Shown here one piece after another: positions 12,337 through 30,115 of a stretch of 64,000 nt of DNA (its first letter is position 1; every line of letters starts with the position of its first letter). The stretch is from the human T2T-CHM13v2.0 reference genome, Homo sapiens. The notes under the pieces were generated by a model. That model saw nothing but the letters and a program-made list of their open reading frames with translations. It did no database searches and had not been told where the DNA came from. The position numbers and the translations under genes are program-made. Where the stretch lies: NCBI RefSeq assembly GCF_009914755.1, contig NC_060944.1, one strand, 5' to 3'.

Positions 12337-13471
12337 AATGTTTGAGATTTTACAATGAGAATATTTTCCTGAAATATTCGTCTGATGCTAAAAATTAAAG
12401 AAGAAAAGCAGCTGGCCACATGGCTGGGAGCCTGAAGCAGGGCTCAGTCTGGGCGCTCATAAGAGGCAGGGTCTGTGGGGGTCAGGCCTGTTTGGTAGTC
12501 TCAAGCTACATCTGGAGACTCTTCCTAAATCCACTGTGGCTCCCTCTCCCCAAGGCCAGAGCCAGAGAGAGCTGGTTTCCACAGCAGCAGTAGCATACGC
12601 AGGTCCCTGCAATCTGGAGGTATGTGACACCGGGACATTTACCCTGTGCGGTGGGCCCACCTCTGCCACCTCTGCTCCTTGAGGCAGGGCAGGACTTCAG
12701 AATTGGCCAGAGGGCGACCTGAGACATGCAGGCAGAGAAGGGAGCCAGTGACCTCTAGGACCCCCAGGGCTTAGGCAGGATGCCGCGTGGAACCCAGAGC
12801 AGTCTCCCCAGCCTGGGCTTGCATTTGAGCCTCACAAATACCGCACTGGGGGAGGCAACAGCCCGTCTGTGCCCCTGCACTCCCAGCAGTCAGCAAGGTC
12901 AGGAGTGGGAGAGGGGAGAAGGCCTTTCATGGAGCACTCCTTAGATGCTGGGCCCTGAGCTAGACACATTTCCTACTCCCTAACTTTGGCCTTTAAATCT
13001 CGTTCAGTGAGTTCTTTTTGACACATGGAAGCTTGGGAAGTTTTTCGGCCAGCTACTGAAAACAAAGGGGTAAAATAATTCAAACAAAGCAAAGGGATGT
13101 ACAGTGAAAAACAAGTCTTTTCTCCTCAGCCCCCAGTCCCCGCCCGGGAGAACCCATGTGCGCACTGGAGCACATGCACGTGTGTTCCTGCCCCCTCCTT
13201 GGTACTAACAGAAGCGCTCCCCACAAAGTGCGCTGTATCTGGCCTTTTTCACAAAAAAAACATGTATCTCAGAGCTTCTTCCACAGCAGTACACGGGACC
13301 GCCTCGTTCTTTTTCATGCCTAGAATTCCATGGCATGCAAAAGTCTTTAGTATTCATGTAACCAGATCTAGAATTCTGGCTCCATGGTTTTCTGCCTTTT
13401 CCATAGGCTTATTTCTGTTCTGCACAACAGCCCTGGGAGGCAGGTGGTCCCTGTGTTAGAGATGAGGAAAC

Positions 13472-13917
13472 CAGGGTGACGGGATTAGTCTGTTCTCACG
13501 CTGCTGTGAAGAAATGCCCGAGACTGGGGTAATTTATAAAGAAAAGAGGTTTAATTGACTCACAGTTCTGCGTGGCTGGGGAGGCCTCAGGAAACTTACA
13601 ATCATGGTGGAAGGCAGCTCTTCACAGGGCGGCAGGAGGGAGAGTGATACTGAGCAAAGGGGGAAGCTGCTTATAAAACCATCAGATCTCGTGAGAACTC
13701 ACTCACTATCATGAGAACAGCATGGGGGAAACTGCCACCATTATTCAATTATCTCTACTTGGTCCTGCTCTTGACACCTAGGGATTATTAAAATTCAAGG
13801 TGAGATTTGGTGGGGACACAGAGCCAAACTATATCAGTGACTCACCATCCCAGTTTGCCTGGGACTGTGCCAGGAAAACCCTCAGTTTTGGACAAACCAG
13901 GATGGTTGGTCACCCTA
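13472..13917. mobile_element. hAT-Blackjack (MER81/MER94-like) DNA transposon interrupted by a THE1 LTR
   Basis: Terminal inverted ends cagggtgac ... gtcaccct, with internal cccagtttgcctgggactgt...ggatggttggtcaccct. Confidence 0.7.
13481..13836 (-). mobile_element. THE1/MST-type MaLR solo LTR
   Basis: attagtctgttctcacgctgct...gtaatttataaagaaaagaggtttaattgactcacag...gggacacagagccaaactatatca. 5-bp TSD gtgac at 13476-13480 and 13837-13841. Confidence 0.93.
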
Positions 13918-14639
13918 AAGGTAAACTGAGGCTTGGAGGGTAAGGACATTCTCCAAGATCTTGTGGTTGATCCGTGGAGGCCTGGGATGGCCACTGAAGT
14001 CCACCTGATGGTGATGATACTCTAGGAGGACAATGATCATATAGTAAGTGTCTCCTCTGTGCCTGCCCCTTCTTCAGCCCTCATAACAGCCCCAGGAGGC
14101 AGACAACGAGGCACAAATAGAACTTGTGACAGGCGAACTGGGGTCAGATCTCAGCAGCAGGGCTTGGCTGTGTGACCACTGTGGTCAGCTCCTTCTCAGC
14201 CTCCTGTCCTGGGCCCACAGCAGACATACAACAAATGTTTGTTGAGGGGAAAAAAAGGCATGAATGAAGTATTATTATCCTCATTTTATGGGAAAAACTG
14301 AGGCACAAAGAAGCTGTCCCTGGCACAGGGTCACAATTTGAACCTGGACAGGGGCTCCAGAGCCCATGACACGTTTCCCTCTTGTAGAAGGTCCTTGTCT
14401 GTAACCTGGTGGTGCCTCCTGCCTCTGACTCCTCCGGCCAGTCGCCCTGACAGCCCCCTCACCGCGTTGCACTACCTGGTCCCCTGGTCCCAGCCTCCTT
14501 TCATGGAAGGAGGTCTTGCCGTCTGCCTCCCTACTCCTGACTTGGGGCCCCTGCTCTGAACCTTCCACCCCGTCCGCCTGGACTGGATGCTTCTCCCGGA
14601 TCCTGATGCCTGAGCTTCAGCTTCCCCACTCCGGACTGT

Positions 14640-15050
14640 TTCATGCGTTCATTCATGTGTCCAACTCTTCACTCCTTTCCTCAACAAACATTGACTGAAA
14701 TTGAAATGAGCCAGTTCTACCCCGGTGTTGGGAATTCCGAGATGAATCCAGCCTGAGCTTTGTCCTTGGGGGACACAGAAAACAACAAAGAAATGGCACT
14801 TGTTACCCAGAGACCCAGAGAGATGCAGCTCTGATGGAGATGGCGCAGGCACGGGCTGCTGGGGCTTGAGTTCAGGGGTTGGGGGGAGGTTCCTAGCCTG
14901 GGGGCTCTGGAAAAGCTTCCTGGAGAAGGTTATGCTGGAGTCTGGAAAGATAAGAAAGAATTAGCAAGACAGGCATTGGGAGGGGAGGCGAGAGGTACTG
15001 TGACATCATGGACAAAGCGGTGGAAGACAGCGTGAGACATTCAAGAAGTG
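14640..15050 (-). mobile_element. L2 remnant (supplies the terminal-exon acceptor)
   Basis: caacaaacattgactga...gcttcctggagaaggttatgctggagtctggaaagataagaaagaattagc resembles L2 3' sequence. Confidence 0.55.
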
Positions 15051-15588
15051 CACGTTGTTCCTTACAGCTGGGTCCAAGCTGTCCTCAGGTGTGGACGCGT
15101 GGCTCTAGGAAGCCCAGCACCCTCCCGAGTACCTAGCCAGCTCCGGGCCCAGCAGGGCTTCCGAGAATTTCATGTCCAGAAATTTATCAGAAAAAAACAC
15201 AACAAAACAATCAGCAATGTGGACATGAAGTTACGCAGGACGGAGGATGTTTACTGCGGTGTTTTTATCACAGAAAACGAGTGAAACAGCCTCTGTGCCC
15301 AGCCACGAGAAGGGGCCACACTTGTCAAAGGGCCACCACCGGCTGGAGTCATCCAAAAGGCTGAGGAGTCAGATTTCAGAGACTACTTAAAGGCACCAGA
15401 CAATGCATCTGATGTAACTGTAGGTAAAAGACAGCAAGAGGCAAACTATTTTTTATTAGGAGACCTACATATGCATATATATATATATATGAAATGATAT
15501 TAGGAAGAAATGTGTCAAATGCTTCACAGTGGTTATCTCTGGTGATGGACTAACCTGGGGGTTGTAGTTCCTTTTTAAAAATAATTTC

Positions 15589-16436
<848 letters not shown>

Positions 16437-17798
16437 CATTCCTGTGTTCTCTGATTTTGTAATGGTGGGCCAGTCTCACATTTTCATTTTCAGAGACAGA
16501 TTCTAGGAGGCAACTCCATGAGGCCACAACTTCTCTTTCCAGCATCCTCCTGAGCCATGCCTCCCAGCCCAGCAAAAACCCCCAGGGAGCCACCCGGAAT
16601 GACGTGTCGTCCTCCCATCCCGTGTACAGTGAGCCCACGTGCTCTGACTCCTGCCGTTCCTGTCTGAATGCCCTCTGCTTTCTCTCTCCATCTGGCACAG
16701 TTCCCCCAGCCCCCAGGCCCCCCTCAGGGTCCTTCCACTGGGGAGGTCATGCACACCGAGCACCCTTGCCACTGAACAACGGGTGTGCATGCCCAGATAC
16801 TTGCCTGGATGGTGAGCTGCTGGGGGAAGGACCTGCCTTACCTCTTTCTTCCCCAGGGGCTTTATAGGGCCCAGGATTTATTTCTATTTGTTTCCCGCCT
16901 CCAATATCTTATTTCGAAAATGTCCAAACCAAAGATAATGGTATAATGAACACCCTTCGCTTAGATTTGCCACAATTTGCTTTTTCTCTCTCTCTTTGTC
17001 TTGCTGAACTAGTGCAGACATCTGAACACTTGGCCAGGGCTGGGGATTTGGAAGGTGCTTAACGCCTGCTGGAATCAACGAAAGGGAGAGCAAGGACACG
17101 GCGCTGCTCCCCTCTGCCTTTGGCCCCAGTGGATAACCTTGCACAGCAAAGCGCTGGCCTTTCTAAAATGCTAACACAGAGGAGCTGCCCACCTACTTGG
17201 AGGCTGGCTGCCAACAGTCAGCACAGCCCCTCTGCAGACACGCAAGGCCCCTGTCATCCCTTCCTGCCTCATCGCTCACTGAGCCCTGGAAGACAGCCTC
17301 GTCCTCACACCCACCTGCGCCCCCCATGTGCTGCTGGACTTGGGCCATGGAACCTCTGTCCTCCCCGCTCACCCAGGGAGGGCATATATCTCTTCCATGT
17401 CCCTTGCAAACCTGACATCCTCAGAGAAGTGGAGGACTTCCCTGATATTTCCTCTGCCCCTTGGCACCAAGGGCAGCCTCTGTTGGAGTGACCCATTCAT
17501 CCTGGTCTGCCCAGGACTGCCCAGTTTTAGCAATGAAAGTCCAGTGTCCTGGAACCCCTCAGGCCTGGGCAAACCAAGAGGACTGGTCACCCTGGCTTCT
17601 GTTGACTCTCACTGGGTGGGCAGGACATGTTCACACTCCCACTGCCGGGAGACAGCAGCCTGAGAGTCACCAGGGGCAGGGGCTGGGCTGCTCTCTACCT
17701 CCCCAACCCTGCCAAGGCCAGGCCACAGAAGAGGCCCAAGGACAGGCTTGCTGACGCTGGCTCACTGCCTAGAGGAAAGAAGAAATGAACCAGCACAG

Positions 17799-18115
17799 GG
17801 CTGGGTGCAATGGCTCACGCCTGTAATCCCAGCACTTTAGGAGAAGGGCAAGGCAAGTGGATCTCCTGAGGTCAGGAGCTTGAGACCAGCCTGACCAACA
17901 TGGTGAAACCCCATCTCTACTAAAAATACAAAAATTAGCTGGGCGTGGTGGCAGGCGCCTATAGTCTCAGTTACTGGGGAGGCTGAGGCAGGAGAACCGC
18001 TTGAACCCAGGAAGAGGAGGTTGCAGGGAGCCAAGATCACGCCACTGCTGCACTCCAACCTGGGTGATAGAGCAAGACTGTCTCAAAATAAAAAGAAAGA
18101 AAGAAAGAAAAAGAA
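17799..18115 (+). mobile_element. Alu (AluS-like)
   Basis: Full dimer with a (GAAA)n tail. Confidence 0.95.
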
Positions 18116-18525
18116 ACGAATGAGTAGACAACGAAACAGTAATCTTGCCTCCTTCAAATCTGCTCAGATGTCACCTCCTCCATGAGGCCTTCCCTGACTG
18201 CCATCTCAGATGATAGCCTCCCCACTCCCCACCCCCACTTTACAGGCTTCCCTAGCATGTATCACTGACTGACATTCTCCATGTCATTTGTTCACTTTCA
18301 CTAGGGTCCGTCTCTTGGACTACAGTGTCAGCTCCACATGGGCAGGGGTTTTTATCTGTTTTGATCACTGAGGTATTTCTGATGCTTAGAATAATAGGTG
18401 TTCAGTAAGAATTCATTGAATGAATGAATCCTTGCTTTCCTGCAAAAGATGGAGCCTCCTGGCCTTCTCACACATTTGGTCTTTTGTTTAATTTGTTCAA
18501 CAGACATCAGTGCCCTCTGCGTCAC

Positions 18526-18701
18526 TGTGTGTGCATGCATGCATGTGTGTGGGTGTAGGTGTGTGTGCATGTGCCTGTGTGTGTGCCTGTGTTTGTGTGT
18601 GTGCAGGTGCATGTATGGGCGTGTGTGTGCGCCCATGTGTCTGTGCGTGTGTGTGCATTGTGTACTTGTTTGCATGTGTGCTTGTGTGTGTGTGTGTGTG
18701 T
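18526..18701. repeat. Degenerate (TG)n / (TGCA)-rich simple repeat
   Basis: tgtgtgtgcatgcatgcatgtgtgtggg...(tg)n. Confidence 0.9.
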
Positions 18702-20939
18702 ATACAAAGCAGAGTGCCCAATCTGATGGCAGGAGGGGCAGAGGCCAGGGTGAGGACTCAAAGAGCCATCATGCCTGGTTGTATGTGAAGCCAAGGACCT
18801 GGCATTTGGGGGTGGGTTCTCTGGGGCAGGACCCTGAGCTCTTTGCAACAGCCTTAAAAGAAAGCCTGGACTGTAATAACCATGGCCAACATATATTGAA
18901 CACTTGCTATGTCCCAAGCACTGTTCTGTGTGCTTCATGTATGTTTTCTCAGTTAATTCTCAAATCTCTGACATGTAATTGTCCCCATTTTGCAGATGAG
19001 GCTGGGGAGCCTAAGTGACTTGCTCAGGGGACCACAGCAAGAAAGTGGGGGTCACAGTCAGACTCTGGAGGGTGCTGCTAACCCTGGTGCTGGAGACTCC
19101 ATTTGCAGAAGAGGAAGGAGGATCAGTGAGGTGAAGTCACTTGCCCAGGGTCACAGAGGTGGTCTGCTGAGATTTACAGCAGGTCCAGGACACCAGAGGA
19201 GTCTGAGGTCCCACTTGGTGGCCACCCTGGAAGAGGTGAGGGTAACCAAAGGGAAGAGGACAGAGACCCAGAGCCAGGCAGGAGCTGTGCTTGAATGCAA
19301 AACAGCTGCACAAAACTGGAGGACAGGAGGGACCGGGTCTGACTGGGGAGATGGAGGCCAACTTCTCAGCAAAGCTGTCCTTGCTTCCTCTTCTCTCCTG
19401 AAAAATGGCCACAGAAGCCGTGGACCACCTGTCTCCAGGCCTCCACATGGGCTGGCTGCCATGCACTGGCCCTGGAGAGAAGCAGAAAGGGGGGGCGGGC
19501 AGCATCCCCTGTCCCAGGCCCCTCCTCCTGCGCTCCCGGCAATGTCGGCCTGACTCACCTGGTGATACCAAGTGTATATTCTGTGTCAGGAGCTGCGGTG
19601 TGCAACTCAAGATGCTCTGACTTACTTAATTCTTACACCCAACAAGTTCCAACAGGGAAACAGAGTTCAGGCAGCGAGGTAGCTGCCCAAGCCACCAGCA
19701 GAGGGAGGGTACAAGCCCCAACTATCTGGCTCCAGAGCCTGTGCCTCTAGCCCCTACCCAGGATGCAGAGCCCTGGCTCCCCTGGCTGGCCTGGCTCTCC
19801 GCCACGAGCCTGTGTAGTCCCTGACAGCAGACACCACCCACAGTGTTCCACAGTCCAGCAAAGGGCTCGGCACACAGCAGGCTCAGCTGAAAACAATCCT
19901 TGCTCTTTGAGATATGGGAACAGTGACTTCTTCCTTTGGATGTTTCTCCCTCTACCCAAGTCTGGGAAACAGTAACAGTCTCAGTTGGACAGTACCAACA
20001 CCTTTCAAAGCTGCCCCTCCTTGGAAGGCCAAGAAGTGGGCAGAACATGGGCTTCCAACCAGGCCAACCTGGAAACGAACCCCAGTTCCACCCTGCAAAT
20101 CACTGCACCTCCCTGAGCCTCAGTTTCCTCATCTGTAATATGGGGTTCATAAGTGTCATTATGAGGAGCATGGTGGTGTTGGCCTGTAGTCCCAGCTACT
20201 CAAGAGGTGAGGGCTGGAGGATCGCTTGAGCACAGGAGTTTGAGGCCAGCCTGGGCAACATAGCAAGACCCTGTAACAATATTTTTTTAAATAGTAAAAA
20301 AAAAAAAAAAAAAAGTCACCGTGAGGATTAAAGGAGACAACAAGAGCTGGTGCCAGGCACACAGTGGGTGTGCTCAGGGAGGGTGTATCTGTCCACCGAG
20401 CACCATGGCCACCTCCAGGCTCTCCCAAGGCCACCTTGGCCACTGCCCCCCTACTTTGAAACTATGGCTATGTAAATCATGATATGTTTGAAGCATACAG
20501 AACACACAGAAATGAGCTGTGCCCGGTCAGAGCACTCCACTCTGGCACACACGTAATCATAACAGGCCCTTGGATTCCTGAGTGTTTTCCAAGGGTTGGG
20601 GTCTGTACCATGTGCCGTTCGTGGGCGGCCTGCTTCCTTTCATTCTCACGACTTCCTGTGGAGGTGGGTCCTCGGTTACCCCAATTTATAAATGGAGAGA
20701 CTGAGGCTCCAAGAGGTCCCACAGCCAGGGAGTGGTGGAAGTAGAATTTGTTTTTATGTAGATGTGTATTTATTGACATCAAAGATGTTTACCACATATT
20801 ATTAAATGAAAAGCAGTCCATAGGCCAACAGAGTATAATTTGGGAGAGTATCATTAAAATATTAACAGTAGTTATCCCTAGGTGATAGGATCAAGGGCCT
20901 TACAATTCTTTTCTTTTTTTCTGCTTATCCATATTTTCT

Positions 20940-22850
<1,911 letters not shown>

Positions 22851-24293
22851 GTAGCATTTAGAGCCAGGTCTGGCCCTTGCTTTACTATCAAATGGTGGAC
22901 ACTGCACACACCCCCATGGCATATGCCCCACCGCCAGGGACATCTTGAAGCCCCCTGCAGACTTGGCCCTGCTCTGAGCAGGTGGAAGAGTAAGTCCTGC
23001 TGGGGCCTGGCCCACAAGTGTCCAGTGAATGTCTATGGATGGACAGACAGACAAGTATATCTCTAGGAACGAGTAAGCCAAAGGGGAAGAAAAAACACAC
23101 AGACCAAGAAGTCCACACCCCAGGAGGAAGAAACTGCTGAGGCCCAGCTCCAGGAGGTAGAGATAACACTTTTGGCGCGGCGAGAGGCCACCAGGCAACT
23201 GCCTCTTGTGTCCTTGGTGGCAGTAATCTATCTGGCCTGTTTTTACGTGACTGACTATTGGCCTGTCTGAGGCTGGGAAGGAGAGGCCAGGGAGATTAGC
23301 AGGGAACCCATAAGCCTATCTGTCTAGGGGCTTGTAAGGGGGGCAGCTGGTCAGAGGCGGGCAGGGAACTGGTGGGGTGTGTCCCTGCCAGCCTCTGGCC
23401 CCAGAAACTCACTGCTTCATCACCAAGGGCGCCTGCATCTTGAACACCCAGCTCTGGATTCTGACTACCTGGGTTTGAATCCCAGCCCTACCATCTCCTT
23501 GCTGTGTAACCATGGACAAGTTACTCTCCATCTCTGAGCCTCAGTTCACTCACAGCCTCACCTGTAGAATGGAGACAACCAGAGTGAGAACGAAATGAGA
23601 CCCTAAGGCTGTGTCTTGGTGGGGCCAGGCTGCCGGTGGGAGGCTACAGACAGTGGGCAGGAGGGCTCACCCACAGGGCATCCCCAGACCCTGTACTCAG
23701 AGCCTGTCCCCTTGTGAAATGGAGTCACAGACTCTCCTGAGACCAGCCGCCGCATGAAGGTGCACCTCGGCCCAGTGCTGTGAGAATGTGGCTGCTGGTG
23801 GAGGCAGCTCCAAGAACCTGTGTGGTAAAGACAGGCTGGGAGGGGGTGCCAGGGCAGCCTCTGACTCAGGCAGCCTGGGATCAGTGTCCTACTCTGTCTT
23901 TTACCAGCTGTGAACCTTGGGCAGGCACTTGGCCTCTCTGTGCCTCAGTTTATCCTTTGGAAGACAGAGATGACAGTCATGCTTACTTTATAGGGTGGCT
24001 GTGAAGATTAAATGGGTTAATAGAGGTAAAATGCCAGTTAAAATCTCAGCCTTAAAATAAAGCCCAGAGCATCTCCTGAATTCATTTAACTTCTTTGAAC
24101 CCCAGATTCTCCCATATTCCCCCGGATTCATCCAGCTGGGCTGTGTGGAGGACGGGAAAGTGTTAGACTATTCTGGCATTTCCCAAAGTGGATCCCATGG
24201 ACTTCTAACTCACGGGATGCTCTAGGAAAATAAAAAAGGGCACCATTGTCACATAGGCCTGGGTGCTAGTGTAGACCCAGCCGCTTCCTGGAA

Positions 24294-24295
<2 letters not shown>

Positions 24296-24339
<44 letters not shown>
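24296..24339. repeat. (CA)n microsatellite
   Basis: Pure CA run. Confidence 0.97.
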
Positions 24340-24341
<2 letters not shown>

Positions 24342-24643
24342 AAGTTTCTGCGAAACCCTGCAGTGAAGAGCTCTGTGGATGTTTGCGTTGTTTCTCAAAT
24401 TTATTTGACGATGAACACCCTTTTCTGCCCAAGGTCGATTTAACATCCTCCTAGAAAACAATGATGGTCAAGGTCATTTCTATCTTGCAGCTTCCGTGAA
24501 TCACAGAAAAGATGGGAAGATTTGCTAAAAATCATCATCATCACCTAGGAGAAGTGCCTTTCTGTTTTTAAAACCCTTTCACACTCACCACCATGAAAGC
24601 ATCATGGCCCTGTGGGGCACTCTCAGCCCTGCCACAGGGATCA

Positions 24644-25199
<556 letters not shown>

Positions 25200-26380
25200 T
25201 CAGGCAAGGGAGATGTCAAGGATCAGGAGTCCCCTGGGGGCACCTGCAGGGGAGGCCCTGTGACCCTGAGCCTAATTAATTGGGAAAGTGCCCCATTCAA
25301 GTAGCCCCTCACATCTCCCTGTAAACATCTCAGCAAATCTAACATCCAGCAACCAGATTACATCTCCCAGAGAGTGGCCTCTTGAACACAGGACAAGGGC
25401 CAAAATTCTTCCCTAGGCCCTGCGAGGTTTGGGAAAATGAGCTTGATCAGCTAGTCAAGGGAGGAGACTGACATTTATTGAGCACCAGTGATGTGTCATG
25501 CATCGTGTACCTGTATGGTGAGATCTCAATTCTGATAATAATCCCTCTTCACAGATGGGGGAAACTGAGGCTCTCGGTGGTAAATTAACATGTCCAGGGA
25601 TGCAGCAGGGCTAGGATTCAAGCTCCAAGATTGGGTTTGGCTCGCCAGCCCCAGTGCCACCACACGCCCCAAACCCTGTGCCACACCTCGCTCTCCAGGC
25701 CCCCTTCCCATTCCTAAGCCAGGTTCTCAGGGCCTCAGATATAAGAGGAATTGGTTGGGGGGCTAATGTGATCTGGCCCCTAACAGCCTGGCCCACACTG
25801 TGGATGGAGAAACTGGCACTTGGGTTTGTCGCTCGATGTCCTGGAGAATCGAGCTCTTTCAGCCCCTAGTACTCTGATCATCTGTTCAGGGAAGACAGGT
25901 AGAGAAATCCATTTTCTGGGTATGCTAAGCCAAAGGCCATGCCTAAGTCTTTGAATGCTGTGATCATTCCCAGCTGCCCTCAGGTGCAGCCTCCTGCCTG
26001 GCATCCCGCCCGGCTCACTGACCTTCCAGAATCCTGGCACTCAGGCTGGGGGTGTATGGAGGGGAGGGGGGCCCATCATACAAACCTCTCTGCAAAACCC
26101 CTATTCCTCTCCTTGATGACCCTGCCCCCCTGGGGGGATATTCTCCCAAACTGGGACTTCCCAGAATTTCTGGGTCAGCAAACAGACTGGCTGAGTGGCT
26201 GCAGGCCACTCCTCTCCTGCGAGACCTCTCCCCTGCACTGCTGCACGTCCTCCTGCCCAGCGCAGAAGCAGACATTGGAGAGGAGAGAGAGCCAGCACCA
26301 AGCCCTCCCAGCTTTCCCACCACACTGCCCATCTTCAAGCCCTCCGAGCTTTTCCACCATACCACCCATCTTCAGGCTGT

Positions 26381-26613
26381 CTGAGAGGCAGGCTTTCTTT
26401 CCTTCATCCCTGGCAGCAGATCCAGGTCACAGAGGGGCAGCTACTTGCCCAAGGCCACACAGTGAGGCAGCAGTGGGCATCACACCTGGGTCTGACTCAC
26501 TCCAGAGTTGGGGACCTTTTTCCCAGTCCAGTACAGTGGCCAGCAGTGTTGAGGATGGAGAAGTGTTAGACTATTAGTGTGAGATCTGGAGCCTGGGCTC
26601 CCCAGCTTCCTCA
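26381..26613 (+). repeat. Local duplication copy A (MIR-containing); paralog at 28677-28884
   Basis: Both copies share catccctggcagcagatccagg...ctacttgcccaaggccacacagtgaggcagcagtggg...ctccagagttgggg...gatctggagcc...ctccccagcttcctca. Confidence 0.92.
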
Positions 26614-26808
26614 CTGGGTCACTTGGGGTAGACACCTCAACTTCTCTGTACCCCAGTTTCTCCATCTACACAGTGCTATCAGAGAGTCCCTGGCTTCAAA
26701 TTCTGTGTAAGTTGTGTGGCCTTGGGTGAGTCACTTAACCTGTCTGTGTCTCTGCTTTCTCCAATTTAAAACAGAGTGGGCCTTAAGGTAAGGGTCAGTA
26801 TGAGGATT

Positions 26809-27219
<411 letters not shown>

Positions 27220-27776
27220 TAGAAGGCCCACACTGATGGCCTGCTGTTGTGGTCAAGATGGGGCTGTCTAGGCTGACTCCAGAAGGAAACACAAGGAATA
27301 GGCCCCAGAGGTCATCTCCGGGGAGGGAAACAGTTGGGGAAAGGGTGGGAGCCCTAACTTGTCCCTATAGGTTGTCTGCCACCTTCAGAATTGTGTATTG
27401 CAGTCACGCATTATTACTGTTACCACAGCTGATTACATGATGACTGCACAGAGCTGCTCCCCTGGCCTGACACATGCACTCATGCTAGCCAGAGGCCCCA
27501 TGCATGCCTTGGGTGCCCAGGCCAGCTCCTACCACTTGCTTGGCTCATCCCTCCACAGCTACACCCATGCCTCACCCAGGCCCTTTTCAACTACCCCATG
27601 TCTCCCAGCAAGACCATGGCACAGCCTTGAGGGCCAGGAGGGTCTCTCCATCTAGCACACACTGGTCACTCACCACATGACACTTGATGTGAGTCTCTGT
27701 CCTCCATTGTCTCACTCATAAGTGGAGAGGCTCATGCCTCCCCCAGGGTAACTATAAGGATTAAAATAAAGAACTA

Positions 27777-28444
<668 letters not shown>

Positions 28445-28676
28445 CTACCACGGGTCGGGGAATTGCTCAGGGTCAGGTGCATAGCCTGGAGTGCAGGAGT
28501 GTTGGTCCCAGCTCCTTCCCCAGCCTCACCACCCACGGCAGGGGGCGTCGCCTTCCCCCACCCTTCCAGGCTCAGAGGGTGTCAGGTCCCTCATAGTATC
28601 TCCCCAATCCATTGATGGCACCTACAGCACCCTAGGCAAGCTAACCCCTACCCACTTCTCTCACCCTCTGTGCCCT

Positions 28677-28884
28677 CTGAGGAGCAGGCTTTCTTCCTCC
28701 ATCCCTGGCAGCAGATCCAGGTAACAGAGATCTGCTACTTGGGCTACTTGCCCAAGGCCACACAGTGAGGCAGCAGTGGGTATCACACCCGGGTCTAGCT
28801 GACTCCAGAGTTGGGGTCCTTTCTCCCAGTCCAGTGCAGTGGCCAGGGGTGTGGGATCTGGAGCCCAGGCTCCCCAGCTTCCTC
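28677..28884 (+). repeat. Local duplication copy B (paralog of 26381-26613)
   Basis: See copy A. This copy lacks the 30-bp insert. Confidence 0.92.
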
Positions 28885-29091
28885 AAACAGCCTAAGCCCA
28901 TCCTGCCTCCAGGCCTTTGCACTCCCCATTCCCTCCTCCTTCCCTGCCCTTCCCATCATTCAGGTTCTGCTCAGCTTTGCCTCCCTCAGAGGCTCTCCTG
29001 GACCACCCCTCCCGAAATGCCCCAATCCCTATTCTCTCTGTCTCTTGCCCCTGATTGTTTGCTTCATGGCACTAACCATTGCCTGAAACTG

Positions 29092-29093
<2 letters not shown>

Positions 29094-29125
<32 letters not shown>

Positions 29126-29417
29126 AGACAGAGTCTCGCTCTGTCGCCCAGGCTGGAGTACAGTAGTGTGACGGTGGCTCACTGCAAGCTCCGCCTCCCA
29201 GGTTCACGCCATTCTTCTGCCTCAGCCTCCCGAGTAGCTGGGACTACAGGCGCCTGCTGCCAAATCTGGCTAATTTTTTTTTTTTGTGTGTGTGTTTTTA
29301 GTAGAGACAGGGTTTCACCATGTTAGCCAGGATGGTCTTGATCTCCTGACCTCGTGATCCGCCTGCCTCGGCCTCTCAAAGCGCTGGGATTACAGGTGTG
29401 AGCCACTGCGCTGGGCC
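29094..29417 (-). mobile_element. AluY-like element
   Basis: Young-subfamily diagnostics ctgcaagctccgcctccc...ttcacgccattct and ttagccaggatggtc, plus a long T-tract. Confidence 0.9.
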
Positions 29418-29819
29418 AATAAACTTTCTTTAGGGAATAACTTAGAAATTATTTTGCAACAGAAAAATTGCACAGATAGTACAGGGAGTTCCTATTGGCC
29501 CTTCACCAAGTTTTTTCTTATGTCAACCTATTACCTAACCATGGTAAGTGGTCAAAACCAAGAAAGTGACATTGGTACATTACACTGATGAGCCGCAGGC
29601 TTTACTCCGGTGAAACTGTGTTCTTCCTTACTCATTTGTTCTCAGCTGCCTCCCCCATGAGGAGGCAAACTCTGAAAAGCAGGGAGGTTGCCTCTCCCAC
29701 TGACATCAATTTCCTCATACCTGGCAAGGAGTGCTGATTGGATAAAGGAGAGGAAAGAATGGCAAAAACAGCCAATGACTATCAAGGACTCCTGCCAGAC
29801 AGTGTTCCTAAGTGCTTTA

Positions 29820-30115
<296 letters not shown>

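Larger units (their letters stand above)
12295..14941 (-). other. C20orf203: Predicted terminal 3'UTR exon of C20orf203
   Basis: Strong acceptor CTAATTCTTTCTTATCTTTCCAG|ACTCC (AG at 14943-14942, branch-like CTAAT), ending downstream of the AATAAA pair. Confidence 0.65.

Noticed and set aside
12295-14941. let-7 target site in the 3'UTR (recalled from literature)
   Set aside because: I found only 6-mer TACCTC matches (for example ~12617) and cannot place the reported site from sequence.
18352-19018. Cys/Val- and His/Thr-rich ORFs
   Set aside because: Translations of the (TG)n/(CA)n simple repeat.
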